A stretch of DNA of 64,000 nt from Macrostomum lignano. Lineage: Eukaryota. Of the stretch, positions 11,601-22,953 are shown piece by piece. Within the stretch, counting starts at the first letter, position 1. Every line of letters starts with the position of its first letter. Location: positions 1 through 64,000 of the forward strand of contig NIVC01002758.1 in NCBI GenBank assembly GCA_002269645.1, read 5' to 3'. The position numbers and the translations under genes are program-made. Below the pieces are notes generated by a model. That model had not been told where the DNA came from, made no database searches, and saw nothing but the letters and a program-made list of their open reading frames with translations.

Positions 11601-14600
11601 TAGCTTGACTTATTTGACTCAGCTGCAGGGGCTCCGGGCATCCGGCTACAGTGGGGAGACGTCGCCTGCCGACCCCTGGCAACCAACAGGCAGCTGTGGT
11701 GCTGTGGTGTCGCGCAGGGAGATCCGGTAGTGCCGGTGTCCGAAACGTGGTCCCTCTCCCGGTCCCCCTCGCTCGCCCGGTGGCTCTTAGGTAGCGGACG
11801 AGCTGGCAGAGATTCTCTGGCCTGAAAACGGGCTGAGGTAGGTGAGCCAAGGACTACTTATATGCTAGTGGTCCTTGAGGTGAGCCTGTCCTGAGTAAAG
11901 GCGGGCAAGTCACAGATGAAGCGCTCCGCATTCTCAACAAAAGAGATGCAAAATGGGCACTCATCACTACGGATTTTTCCCTGGAGGTAGCAATGCATGG
12001 CCTGAGAGAGCCATGGTCACCGCCCTGATGTCCCTGGGCGTTCCGCTATATTTAGGAGCAAGTTAAAGATTTTACAAATCAATTTAAAAATGGTCTGAAC
12101 CAACTGTACATTAATGTGAATCGGCTTTCAAAGAAGCCGTCAAGACTCAACACGCGCTAAAAACGTCCCTACGAGTAAATACCACGGTTTGCATTACCGC
12201 CAGTTAATCCTTGATTTTAAAATTTATTCGAACAATCTATGGTCTGCTGAACTACTGCTAGTAATACGAGCTGGTCTTTTTATCCTCTGTTGTTGTATAG
12301 AAAACTAAATCAGGCAAATAAATATTGAAAATGAGCATTTGATCATACATATCTGCTTCCTATTAAAACTATTGGCTACTAATGTGTTGAAAAATTAATA
12401 TGTGCTATATTTTAGTAGTTTATTTTGCAAATATATAGCCAGCCTTTTGCTAAAGAGTTTGTAGAAAACAGCGTTTAACTTAGCTTAAATCGCCCTTACA
12501 ATTCGCGCGCAGGGAAAAGCGCCAACGCCCTGTCAAACTGCTCATCACTGAGCCAGAGGGTCGCGATTAACACGGCCTACATGGGCCCAGTGCGCGAGTC
12601 GCGATCTGGAAAGCCGTGTCTGTCCTGGCAAGCCCTGGCTAATGGCAGTCTGAGCCGCCGGTTCCGCAACTTGAATCCGGCCTACGAGTTCCGAGTGTTC
12701 CTGCCCGACAGCGAATCTGTCGCTAGCGTTGGCAGCGGCTGCCGCAGCGCCGCAGTGATGTTCAAGGACAACAGCAGCAGCCTGGGCTGGCAGTCCCTTA
12801 CCAAGCTCGTCATAGACAGCGAAATCGGACTGGGTCCGTGGTGTCTGGTTGAGAAGCAGGGCTACAGAAATCTCACGATGGAGAGCTGCAGCGTGCCGGA
12901 ATGCTGTGAGTTTAGGACGGTAGTTTGTCCACAACGTGAGATCACAGGTAGTTTTTGGGACTTAATAAATTCGACGAGTTGAGAGAATAGCTGGGATGCT
13001 GATGGTTTTGGTATGATTCGTTGAAGATTTAAGTGAAGCAGGACAATTATTTCAGTAGGTTTTGTATATTTATGATGGTTCAATGTGGTTCATTGTAGTA
13101 TTTTTAGGAAAAAATTAACACACGAAGTACAAATTATCCCGGGTTATTTCTCAGAAAATAAATCATTTGTTTCTAATTGAGCATGCCCGTCTGTTGTTAC
13201 ACGTGTGATGCGTTGAAAAAGTAAAAAGTAGCTTCTAGGAAACCCCACGTGCTGCATGAATATCGATGCGACACTATTTTCTATTTTTCAGCAACCTCGC
13301 TGAAGTGCATCTCAGGCCTGCTGCACCAGAAGTACGGACCTCACGTGCTCTCCAAGCTGGTCGGCCCGAGCTTGGACGTCACCCTGCTCGACTGCAGCTT
13401 CGGTAGCATGAAGTGCACACCGGCTGACTTCACTGCGCTGCACCATCCCTACTACGGCGCCTGCTACAAGTTCAACAGCGCTCCGTTCCTTCGAGACTTG
13501 ACGCCGATGCAGCACGGCTTGCGTCCACTCAGTCTGAAGCTGTTCGCCGATGATCACGACTACCTGGGGAACCGGCGTCCGGACACCTTCACGGCCGTCC
13601 GAGCAGTCATGGGCGGCCCGTACAATCTCGGAGAGGCGAGTGACCCGGCCGGTTTCAACCTGATCCTGATGCCGCCGGGAGCTTATCCAGGCACCTCACA
13701 TGCCATTCCAATTTACACGGGGGCTCGGTCCACTGTTCGTATGCGCTACATCCTGGACATGGACAACACAACGAGGGGCCTTTGCAACAGTAACGAGTCA
13801 AGCATTGACTACAACATCTACAGCTGGAGCCCGACTGTACTTCGGCCGAAAACTGAGCAGAGCTTTAAGTCGCCTGATCCCTACTATTTGTAAGTGCTTT
13901 AGCGTGTTGAAAAAGTTTGGTTGAGTGTGCGCTTGCGTGTAGATCTTAGGTCTAAGTCGAGCAGTAACAAGTACCTTCTTCCATGGTACGTTCTCGATCA
14001 GGGGCGTCGCCACTGGGGGGGACAGGGGGGACATGTCCCCCCCCCCCAGTAAGAGCTTTGGGGGGACATTCCAATGCTTTGTCCCCCCTCCCTAATCCAC
14101 CTTGTGACCCGTTGTGGGAAGCAATGATTTTGTTTCAGGGCGCTTAAATGTAGCACATGCAGCGCTAAAGTAGTGCCTGCGGCGCTAAATGAGTGCCTGC
14201 AGCGCCAAAATGAGTGCCTGCGGCGCTAAAATAAGTGCCTGCGGCGCCAAAATAATCGCTGCCAGCACCACTCTGAAAATAATGTACACATGTGTCAAAA
14301 TTTAGTCATGTACATGTATAATTTGCAGAATTCTTTGCTTTGCCCCCGACCATAAAATCCATGGCGACATCCCTGTTCTCGATGAGTAGTCTGAATGAAT
14401 GAGTAGTCCTGATAAGTAATTCGACCTTGTTTCTCCGCGCAGCCAATTCAACAGAAGCTTTTTGGCTTTCACGAGCAACCAGGAGTCCTGCGCCAATCTA
14501 GCCGTCATTGACGAGTTTGTCCGCAAATGCAACTGCCTGCCCTACTCGCTGCCGATCCCTGTAAAGTACAAAAACGTAATCGACTGCTTTCATCTGAACA

Positions 14601-15737
14601 AATCCGAGCCCGACGCTGTTCTTCGCCTAATCGCGAGGGAGGACTGCGCCGTGAAACTGTTCTCGCAACTGGAGACACTCACCGAGACTTTCTGGGCCGG
14701 CTGCAGGGCCAACTGTAAGATGCCCAAGTACGCCACGCAGCTTGTGAGTTGGACAAGAAATCAGCCAAGCATTGCTTTTGAGTAGTTTGACAGAAACCAG
14801 TTGTACAGCGAGCTAGAAAACTCTTGTGACTTAATGATTTATGGATTGTGTCAGGTGTTAGACGTTCAGTTTAGTACAAAAGTGTCGAAAAAGAGCTTTT
14901 TGCGACAATAGCTAGTGCTGCCGGTGTCCAGCGGAGTCCAGGAGGTGGATGGTCGCTCGCCTCGGTAGCCCTTAGGGGTACAGGACGAGCTGAAAAAAAT
15001 TCTCGGGCACAAAAGCGTCGGAAAGGTCTGGGTTTGGGTCGACCGCATTTTCAACACCAGAAACACAGAATGGGCATTCCTCACTGCGGATTTCCCCTGG
15101 AGGTAGCGATACCTGGAAAATAGCCATGGACCTGAGTGGGTCATGGTTACCACTCTGATGTCCCTGCGGTTGAGTCCAAGCGGGCTCTGCTTTGAATAGC
15201 CAAACTTTGAATACTTCCAGTTGAGAACAACTAGTTATGTTTCCAACCCTTCAGACAACTCAGCCGTGGCCCGACGCGTCCCACGCCGCTTACAACGCGA
15301 CGCTACGGTCGCTCACTTCGCTGATCGGCTTCCCGAAGCAGGTGAGCCCCGACCAGGGCCTGACCATGCTCTACTACTCCTACCTGCAGGGTGAGCAGCT
15401 GATCCAGCCCAGCTCCGTGCAGCGCTTCGGCCAGTCGCTGGCCATGCGAGAGGCGGCCCGCAGCAACCTGGCCTGGATCCGGGTCGAGGCCGAGTACCCG
15501 ATCGGGTCCGGCAGCGCCCAGGCCGACGGATATCCGGTGGAGAATCTGCTGGCCGAGATGGGCGGCATTCTGGGTCTGTACTGCGGCGTCTCTGTGCTGA
15601 CCATCTGCGAGCTGATGGACCTGGTGGGCCGCCTGCTGCACCGGGCCGCACTGCGGTGGATGCGCCGCAGTCAGGTTGGCAGCTCCAACGCCAAGGACGA
15701 CAAGGTAGTGGAGGTTCAGCCAGCTAGAAAACTGTAA
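8622..15737 (+). CDS. DEG/ENaC family channel subunit, ~894 aa, with two kringle-like extracellular modules (paralog 2, intact)
   Basis: Exons 8622-9168, 9338-9577, 10010-10132, 12513-12905, 13292-13889, 14443-14743 and 15255-15737 total 2685 nt, in frame, all GT-AG. Pre-TM1 FADSTTAHG motif, TM1, FQYPDIYLCSANP, LLDCSF/YGACYKFN, Cys-rich thumb, QPWP, and TM2 with a GVS filter and Ala at the degenerin position. Confidence 0.93.
9338..10132 (+). other. Kringle-like module 1 (exons 2-3 of the channel)
   Basis: Six Cys in kringle order: NSCRISLHGQEFVG...VPCLTWS...HSSC...GPLCF...INYCGVPYC. Confidence 0.65.
10605..10945. repeat. ~24-bp minisatellite (TAAAGTCAACTAGACCATAGAGAA)
   Basis: Starts at 10632, 10656, 10680 and onward; about 14 degenerate copies. 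Confidence 0.9.
11590..12045 (-). mobile_element. Degenerate non-LTR retrotransposon 3' fragment (C-terminal CCHC-like region)
   Basis: Minus-strand translation RDIRAVTMALSGH / LQGKIRSDECPFCISFVENAERFICDLPAF resembles the C-terminal zinc knuckle of I/R1/Loa-group ORF2. Confidence 0.65.
12513..12905 (+). other. Kringle-like module 2 (exon 4 of the channel)
   Basis: SNC...TAYMGPVRESRSGKPCLSWQ...FLPD...SGCRS...GPWCLV...ESCSVPEC matches C..Y.G...T.SG..C..W...CR...PWC...C.(I/V)P.C. Confidence 0.75.
14905..15175 (-). mobile_element. Degenerate non-LTR retrotransposon 3' fragment
   Basis: RDIRVVTMTHSG / RYRYLQGKIRSEECPFCV on the minus strand; same family as 11590-12045. Confidence 0.6.
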
Positions 15738-15844
15738 CATGACTGGCATTGCAAAAAATGAAAAATCTAGTAAGAGAGCATCGGTAAGAAGAAAGTTAAT
15801 GAGGAGCTCCCTGGTCTGTTAGTGTTGTGTTTTACTTCTCCATT

Positions 15845-16045
15845 GTGTCGGCGACTCCAGCTGGCAGGCCACATCATCCGCGCCTAGTCCTACTGCCCAG
15901 AGCCGGTGCAGGAGGTGCTGCTGCTGACGCTGCAGGCACCCTACCGGCGGGGGCAGGCGCGCACTCGGCGTTTCGTCGACTGCCTGCTGGCTGACGCCGG
16001 CGCCCCGGATTCGGCCGGCGGCGTGGCGTTCATCCGTGACGCTAA
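15845..16045 (+). mobile_element. RTE-clade LINE 3' fragment
   Basis: RRLQLAGHIIRA*SYCPEPVQEVLLLTLQAPYRRGQARTRRFVDCLLADAG resembles the RTE ORF2 C-terminus; it contains an in-frame stop. Confidence 0.65.
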
Positions 16046-16674
16046 CCCTGCGTATTCTGTTGTTGTTTTCATGTTTACATATTTTGCCCAACATTTCTTA
16101 ATCAATTTAACGATCTGAAATCTTACGCAATCAATTTTTAGTTTAACTTAGATTGGAAAAAATCTATATTTTTAATTTTCCTTTTAATCTCCTACTCGTA
16201 ATTGCTTGTTGGCATCTCTAGTTAAAGACACGGATTGTTTTGTTAGGATCCTTTCTTGCTTCTGACATTAATCGCGTACGTCTACGAGTTAAGACATTTG
16301 TTTCCATGCAAAATATACCTATTTTCATGAGTTCAAGCGTATGAAATCAAATTATTGTATTTTATGGTAAAGTTACGAGTACTTTAAAGTCGCGAGCTCT
16401 ATGGAATAATTTATAGGAAACAGCAGATTAATGGCGGAAAATTACAATCTTATTAATTATTAGTCGTCTGTACACAAGAAACTAATGTACTTGTTACACT
16501 ACTCTATACTAAGCTTGTTTCTCATGTCACAAAGATGTCAGCGGTTGGCATTGCTTTGTCCTCAACCGAGCAGCACCGCCTTCTGGTAGCTCCTGAAATG
16601 AAAAAGCATTGAAATATGATTATTTAACTAGGCATGAGTTGTTATTCCGCATCAGATAGATTTCTCACTCAACT

Positions 16675-18494
16675 TGTTCTCCTAAACCTGTCCTACTCAA
16701 CCTGTCCTACTCAACCTGTCCTACTCAACCTGTCCTACTCAACCTGTCCTACTCAACCTGTCCTACTCAACCTGTCCTACTCAACCTGTCCTACTCAACC
16801 TGTCCTACTCAACCTGTCCTACTCAACCTGTCCTACTCAACCTGTCCTACTCAACCTGTCCTACTCAACCTGTCCTACTCAACCTGTCCTACTCAACCTG
16901 TCCTACTCAACCTGTCCTACTCAACCTGTCCTACTCAACCTGTCCTACTCAACCTGTCCTACTCAACCTGTCCTACTCAACCTGTCCTACTCAACCTGTC
17001 CTACTCAACCTGTCCTACTCAACCTGTCCTACTCAACCTGTCCTACTCAACCTGTCCTACTCAACCTGTCCTACTCAACCTGTTCTCCTCAACCTGTCCT
17101 ACTCAACCTGTCCTACTCAACCTGTCCTACTAGACCTGTCCTACTAGATCTGTCCTACTCAACCTGTCCTACTCAACCTGTTCTCCTCAACCTGTCCTAC
17201 TCAACCTGTCCTACTAGACCTGTCCTACTCAACCTGTCCTACTCAACCTGTCCTACTCAACCTGTCCTACTCAACCTGTCCTACTCATATGTCCTACTCA
17301 TATGTCCTACTCAACCTGTCCCACTCAACCTGTCCTCCCTGTCCTCCTAAACCTGTCCCACTCAACCTGTCCTACTCAACCTGTCCTACTCAACCTGTCC
17401 TACTCAACCTGTCCTCCTAAACCTGTCCCACTCAACCTGTCCTACTCAACCTGTCCTACTCAACCTGTCCTACTCAACCTGTTCTCCTCAACCTGTCCTA
17501 CTCAACCTGTCCTACTAGACCTGTCCTACTAGATCTGTCCTACTTAACCTGTCCTACTCAACCTGTTCTCCTCAACCTGTCCTACTCAACCTGTCCTACT
17601 AGACCTGTCCTACTCAACCTGTCCTACTCAACCTGTCCTACTCAACCTGTCCTACTCAACCTGTCCTACTCAACCTGTCCTACTCAACCTGTCCTACTCA
17701 ACCTGTCCTACTCAACCTGTCCTACTCAACCTGTCCTACTCAACCTGTCCTACTCAACCTGTTCTCCTCAACCTGTCCTACTCAACCTGTCCTACTCAAC
17801 CTGTTCTCCTCAACCTGTCCTACTCAACCTGTCCTACTAGACCTGTCCTACTAGATCTGTCCTACTTAACCTGTCCTACTCAACCTGTTCTCCTCAACCT
17901 GTCCTACTCAACCTGTCCTACTAGACCTGTCCTACTCAACCTGTCCTACTCAACCTGTCCTACTCAACCTGTCCTACTCAACCTGTCCTACTCATATGTC
18001 CTACTCATATGTCCTACTCAACCTGTCCCACTCAACCTGTCCTCCCTGTCCTCCTAAACCTGTCCCACTCAACCTGTCCTACTCAACCTGTCCTACTCAA
18101 CCTGTCCTACTCAACCTGTCCTCCTAAACCTGTCCCACTCAACCTGTCCTACTCAACCTGTCCTACTCAACCTGTTCTCCTCAACCTGTCCCACTCAACC
18201 TGTCCTACTCAACCTGTCCTACTCAACCTGTCCCACTCAACCTGTCCTCCTAAACCTGTCCCACTCAACCTGTCCTACTCAACCTGTCCTACTCAACCTG
18301 TTCTCCTCAACCTGTCCTACTCAACCTGTCCTACTAGACCTGTCCTACTAGATCTGTCCTACTTAACCTGTCCTACTCAACCTGTTCTCCTCAACCTGTC
18401 CTACTCAACCTGTCCTACTAGACCTGTCCTACTAGACCTGTCCTACTAGACCTGTCCTACTTAACCTGTCCTACTCAACCTGTTCTCCTCAACC
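16675..18494. repeat. 14-bp satellite (CTCAACCTGTCCTA)n
   Basis: ~1.8 kb array; variant blocks recur about 708 bp apart (CTCATATGTC near 17284 and 17992). Confidence 0.97.
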
Positions 18495-19136
18495 TCCCTT
18501 CTTTCCCAGGCCTCACCAGCCGCCGATAAACGAGTACAAAGGTCCTGCCAGCGTGGCTCTGTGCTGTTGCTGCTGTGTCGGATAAGCCACAGCTGCAGCG
18601 CTGCCGCCCGATCTGGCCAATCCAGAGCCTGTCGGTGCGGTGCAACGGCCGCCGCGGCTTCGTTGACCAGCGCTGCTCGGATGCCGCCTCATGGCTGACA
18701 GGGAGGCTGGAAACAAGGGAGTGGAGTTTTTCGCATTTAAAGTGAGACAGATCGTGCTTGATTAAATTGTTATTTGTTTTCACTTAAAATATTAAAATTA
18801 ATTTTAGTGATTTTAGCTCACTTTCCTGCTTACAGTAGGACAAAAGGCGCGTATTAGTCTTAAGTATTTTGTTAGGGACCAAAAAACAAAGGCAAAACTA
18901 TTAACAAAAAATGGTTTCAGTTAAACATTAGCTTAAGGGTGTAGCACCGTTCTTTAGTTAAATATGTCATTAGCTATGTATTAGCCACAGTTTTTGATTG
19001 CTAAGTTATTAATAAAACGTTATAGCAGAAGATGTACCACCGTTAGCTTGAAATGTTCATTACAATACCTGGTCCACTGAAATGATTTAAAAGTGGTACT
19101 TGGTGTACTTTCTGTAAAAACTAAAAGATACATGTA

Positions 19137-19241
19137 GATAGATAGATAGATAGATAGATAGACAGATAGATAGTAGATAGATAGATAGATAGATAGATAT
19201 TGAATAGACAGATAGATAGTAGATAGATAGATAGATATTGA

Positions 19242-19276
<35 letters not shown>

Positions 19277-19346
19277 TTGAATAGACAGATAGATAGTAGA
19301 TAGATAGATAGATATTGAATAGATAGATAGATAGATAGATAGATAG
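19137..19346. repeat. (GATA)n microsatellite, interrupted
   Basis: Direct reading. Confidence 0.97.
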
Positions 19347-20303
19347 ATTTTTGACAATTTCGGACATTTATGACAGCCAAAGCAATTATGAAGTATGATT
19401 TATGACAGTTATGAAACTGCTATTTTTAGCCATAATAGACTGAGCCGTATGCTCTCCACACAGCCTTCTAGAGAACTTTCTACTCGTACATTTTAGAACA
19501 AGTTTTGTTTGCACACGAATCCCACCCCACTCCCCCAATTAACCAGTAAAATTTACAAATACTAAATACTCAATAACTACAAAGGCCTCATACTGCAGCA
19601 AGCGGATGCTGGAAGCCGAATGCCTACCTCTACCCAACACACCGAAGCTACATTAATACCCCAACTCAACTCGACAGGTACTCGATCCCTATGGATGAGC
19701 AGATTTGAACGCTAATATCAGCAGCTATGGCTACCCCAACACAGACATTCTGACATTCAGGCATCGAGCGATCACGGCAGTACGTAGTGATCTCAAAAAA
19801 TGCCTGTTGCAATTCAACCTTACAAAAGAAGCCCAGAAGTTCTACGTTACTTTTCGAGACTTTTACGTTTTATCCATGTACATGTACGCGATTTTCACCT
19901 GGTCCGGCACACTGAATTCTTCAATTTTCAAGTCAAATAATTCGTACGAAATTAAACTCACAGTTTTCTACTCTAAGTAGACTGAGAATTTTTTGTTTTA
20001 TTTGTAAGTTTGAAAAAAATGAAAAAGGCAGCAGTTAAAGTGAACTCAAATGCTCATCCTCATTTCGTCAGCATATTTGTACAGTTATGTTTTCTAAAAC
20101 GGATTTTCCTGATATATTATTCTTTGAGCCAGAACACGTGGACCTGGTTCAATTCCGTGAGCGGCCACTCTAATTAAAGGCTTATGGACGAAAATTTGCC
20201 GAGTGGTTGTCGTGCGATTCACCCATCAGGGCCACTCCAAAATGCACAGAGTGTACATGCAACAATGGACGATTAGAAAGTCTTATTGACTGCGGAGAGC
20301 TGC

Positions 20304-20704
20304 ACGATAGCATCACGTGATTAAGGTTCAAGGCTGCTGCTAGGGCAATCATCTGATTGGTCGTAGAGACCTGCGCGATAGCATCACGTGATTAAGGTTC
20401 AAGGCTGCTGCTAGGGCAATCATCTGATTGGTCGTAGAGACCTGCACGATTAGCATCACGTGATTAAGGTTCCAGGCTGCTGCTAGGGCAATCATCTGAT
20501 TGGTCGTAGAGACCTGCACGATTAGCATCACGTGATTTAAGTTCAAGGCCGCCGCTAGGGCAATCATCTGATTGGTCGTAGAGACCTGCACGATTAGCAT
20601 CACGTGATTTAAGTTCAAGGCCGCCGCTAGGGCAATCATCTGATTGGTCGTAGAGACCTGCACGATTAGCATCACGTTATTAAGGTTCAAGGCTGCTGCT
20701 AGGG
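20304..20704. repeat. 71-72-bp tandem repeat, ~5.5 copies
   Basis: GCATCACGT at 20310, 20381, 20453, 20525, 20597 and 20669. Confidence 0.95.
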
Positions 20705-22953
20705 GAAAACATCTGACTTGGTGTTAATAACACGTAGTTGTCTCCGACGAAAAGTTATTTGTCTTCAGTTTAAAAACAATTTTTCTGTCACTGTAACTCC
20801 TATAATTCTGTAACTCATTCACTATTCACTACAAACTTTTAATAGCTCACTCAGACTGGTATATGTAACTCGATTTTAAGTGCGCGTATACCTATACTAT
20901 TCGAATATGTACAAGTACAGACGCAACTAACTAACTAACTCCGGCGCCTCAGCCATTGAACAGGCTCTTACGCCACTAAGAATGAATTGGGTTACTAATG
21001 TACACTAGGTTTCTAAGCTAGGCTAAAAGAGACTGTGACCATCAAGCCGAGCAGGCGACACCAGTCGGGCTGAGGGAGGGCCCTACCCCCAGCTGTCGGG
21101 GCGTCACACCTACTCCAAGCACAAAACTAAACCTCCCCGAGGCTAGCAGGGGTTGAGTGAACCAATCAGGGAAGCCCGTGCCTTTTGGGATAGTGTACCT
21201 TCATAATAATGGTCCTAAGACCTCCCCACGGCCGTGGCAACCCGAAGGAGCCTCCCCACCTACTAAACCCCGGGTACTCTTTGCCAAGACAGTCACTTAT
21301 CTTTTAAGCGGCAGGAGGGTTATTCGCGGGACTATTTCACCCTTTGCTTCGCCAACCCGCCATTTAAATTAGGGGCCGTGCCAACGGCCTCGTCCTGGTC
21401 AGACTCAGTCCTGGTTTTGGCACAATCCAGCTTAAACCTAGTCGTTCACCAGCAGACACTCCGGGGGAGACCGTCAGAGCATCAACTGGAACGAGTATAG
21501 GCCTGCCTTCCTATACAGCTACCCACAGCCCTTCCTGATCGACTATTACACTCTAATCCAGCCTACTAACTCATTACAAGCTTTCAGCCAGGCAGAGACA
21601 AGTGTCACAGGGGTACTGCGGTTAGGCGTTAATGCGACAGAGACTCAAATTTTAAAATGTGTTCTGTGAATTAAACACCACGAGGTAGTTTTCATCAACA
21701 TGCATTTGTTTTCAAAAAGCTCTACTGTCAGTAGAGCGTGTAACAAATGAAGCATTTCTCGCTTTAAGGCTTCGAGTTCTCTGGCGCAAACTAAGTATTG
21801 TCAAAAAACGAATGCGAAAACGAAAACAAAGACCACTTATAAAGAAATTTTTAGAGAAAACGAACGTAGCAAACAAAAGAAGAAACTGTAGATTTTTTTA
21901 TTGCATTCAAGCAATTTTTTATTAACGATTTAACAAATAGAAACAGAAAAAGCTAATAAAAATATGTATAAAGACTAACGACTATTTTTAATCTTAAAAT
22001 GGATTTTATCCTACTAACAATGCGAAAAGTCGCACAATAAAAGAGATAAACAAAATAAACAAAAATGCACAACAATTTGACTTAACACAACAGAAAAGCA
22101 AAAACAAAAAACAGAAACAATATTATTTTAAACAAAATAGTATAATTGAAGCTTGTTTTGCTGCTTCATACCTGTTGTAAAATATTGGCAAAAAACTACA
22201 AAAAGATGGAAACCACAAATACAAATACTATAATATTAGTAAGGCTGATTTATAACTAAAAATGCATGTATACTACTGACAGTGCGAAAAAGTCGCGCAA
22301 TACAAAAAGATGGACAGAAAATGCATAAAACACGTTTAAAAACACGCATTTGAAATGAACCAAAGAAAACAAAAAACGCAATGCAAGATTTGAGATAGCA
22401 ACGAAATAACTATTTAGCTACACCTTAATTACCAACTTGGCTACGCCATTAATCATAAAAACTTACAAGTTACATTTACTTTCGATACATATCGGGACAA
22501 ATAGAACAAAGACTCAAATGCTTCACTTCTGAACCTAATGCTATACAAAAACCGAATAGGCTGCAGATTGATATTCTATTTTAATTTAGTTACAAATACG
22601 TTAACCTGAAAAAACCGTAGAGATCAACGGATTTCCATAAGAATTATACGAGAGTACATCGATATAATAGTAATCCAAACTCCGTATGTACTATTGTGCC
22701 TTGCTTAGTCGCCGTGTTGCTTGACTTCTAACGGGAAGGTCGGGGGTTCAAATATTAACTGCTCGACCAAACTGTTTTTTTCTTTTTAATTTGTTTACCA
22801 AAAGAGAGTAAATTTCTCCTCTTTTGTAGTTTGTAATGTTTTTCAATCATAATTTTTGTCTTTAATAAATTTTAATGATACAATAAATGTCCGATATGTA
22901 TCGAAATGATTTAAAACTCTGGATTAGGGAATGTTCATTGATTGGTCAAGTTT

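Noticed and set aside
15237-15254. ORF-track start MFPTLQ as the start of the last channel exon
   Set aside because: Phase-0 splicing fits the acceptor TTCAG at 15250-15254 (TCCAG at 7261-7265 in paralog 1), which gives KYATQL-TTQPWP.
16634-18449. Long ORFs STCPTQPVLLNLSY...
   Set aside because: They are translations of the 14-bp satellite, with no splice context.
20304-20704. CRISPR-like array or 113-aa repeat protein
   Set aside because: No spacers; the ORF is only the translated repeat.
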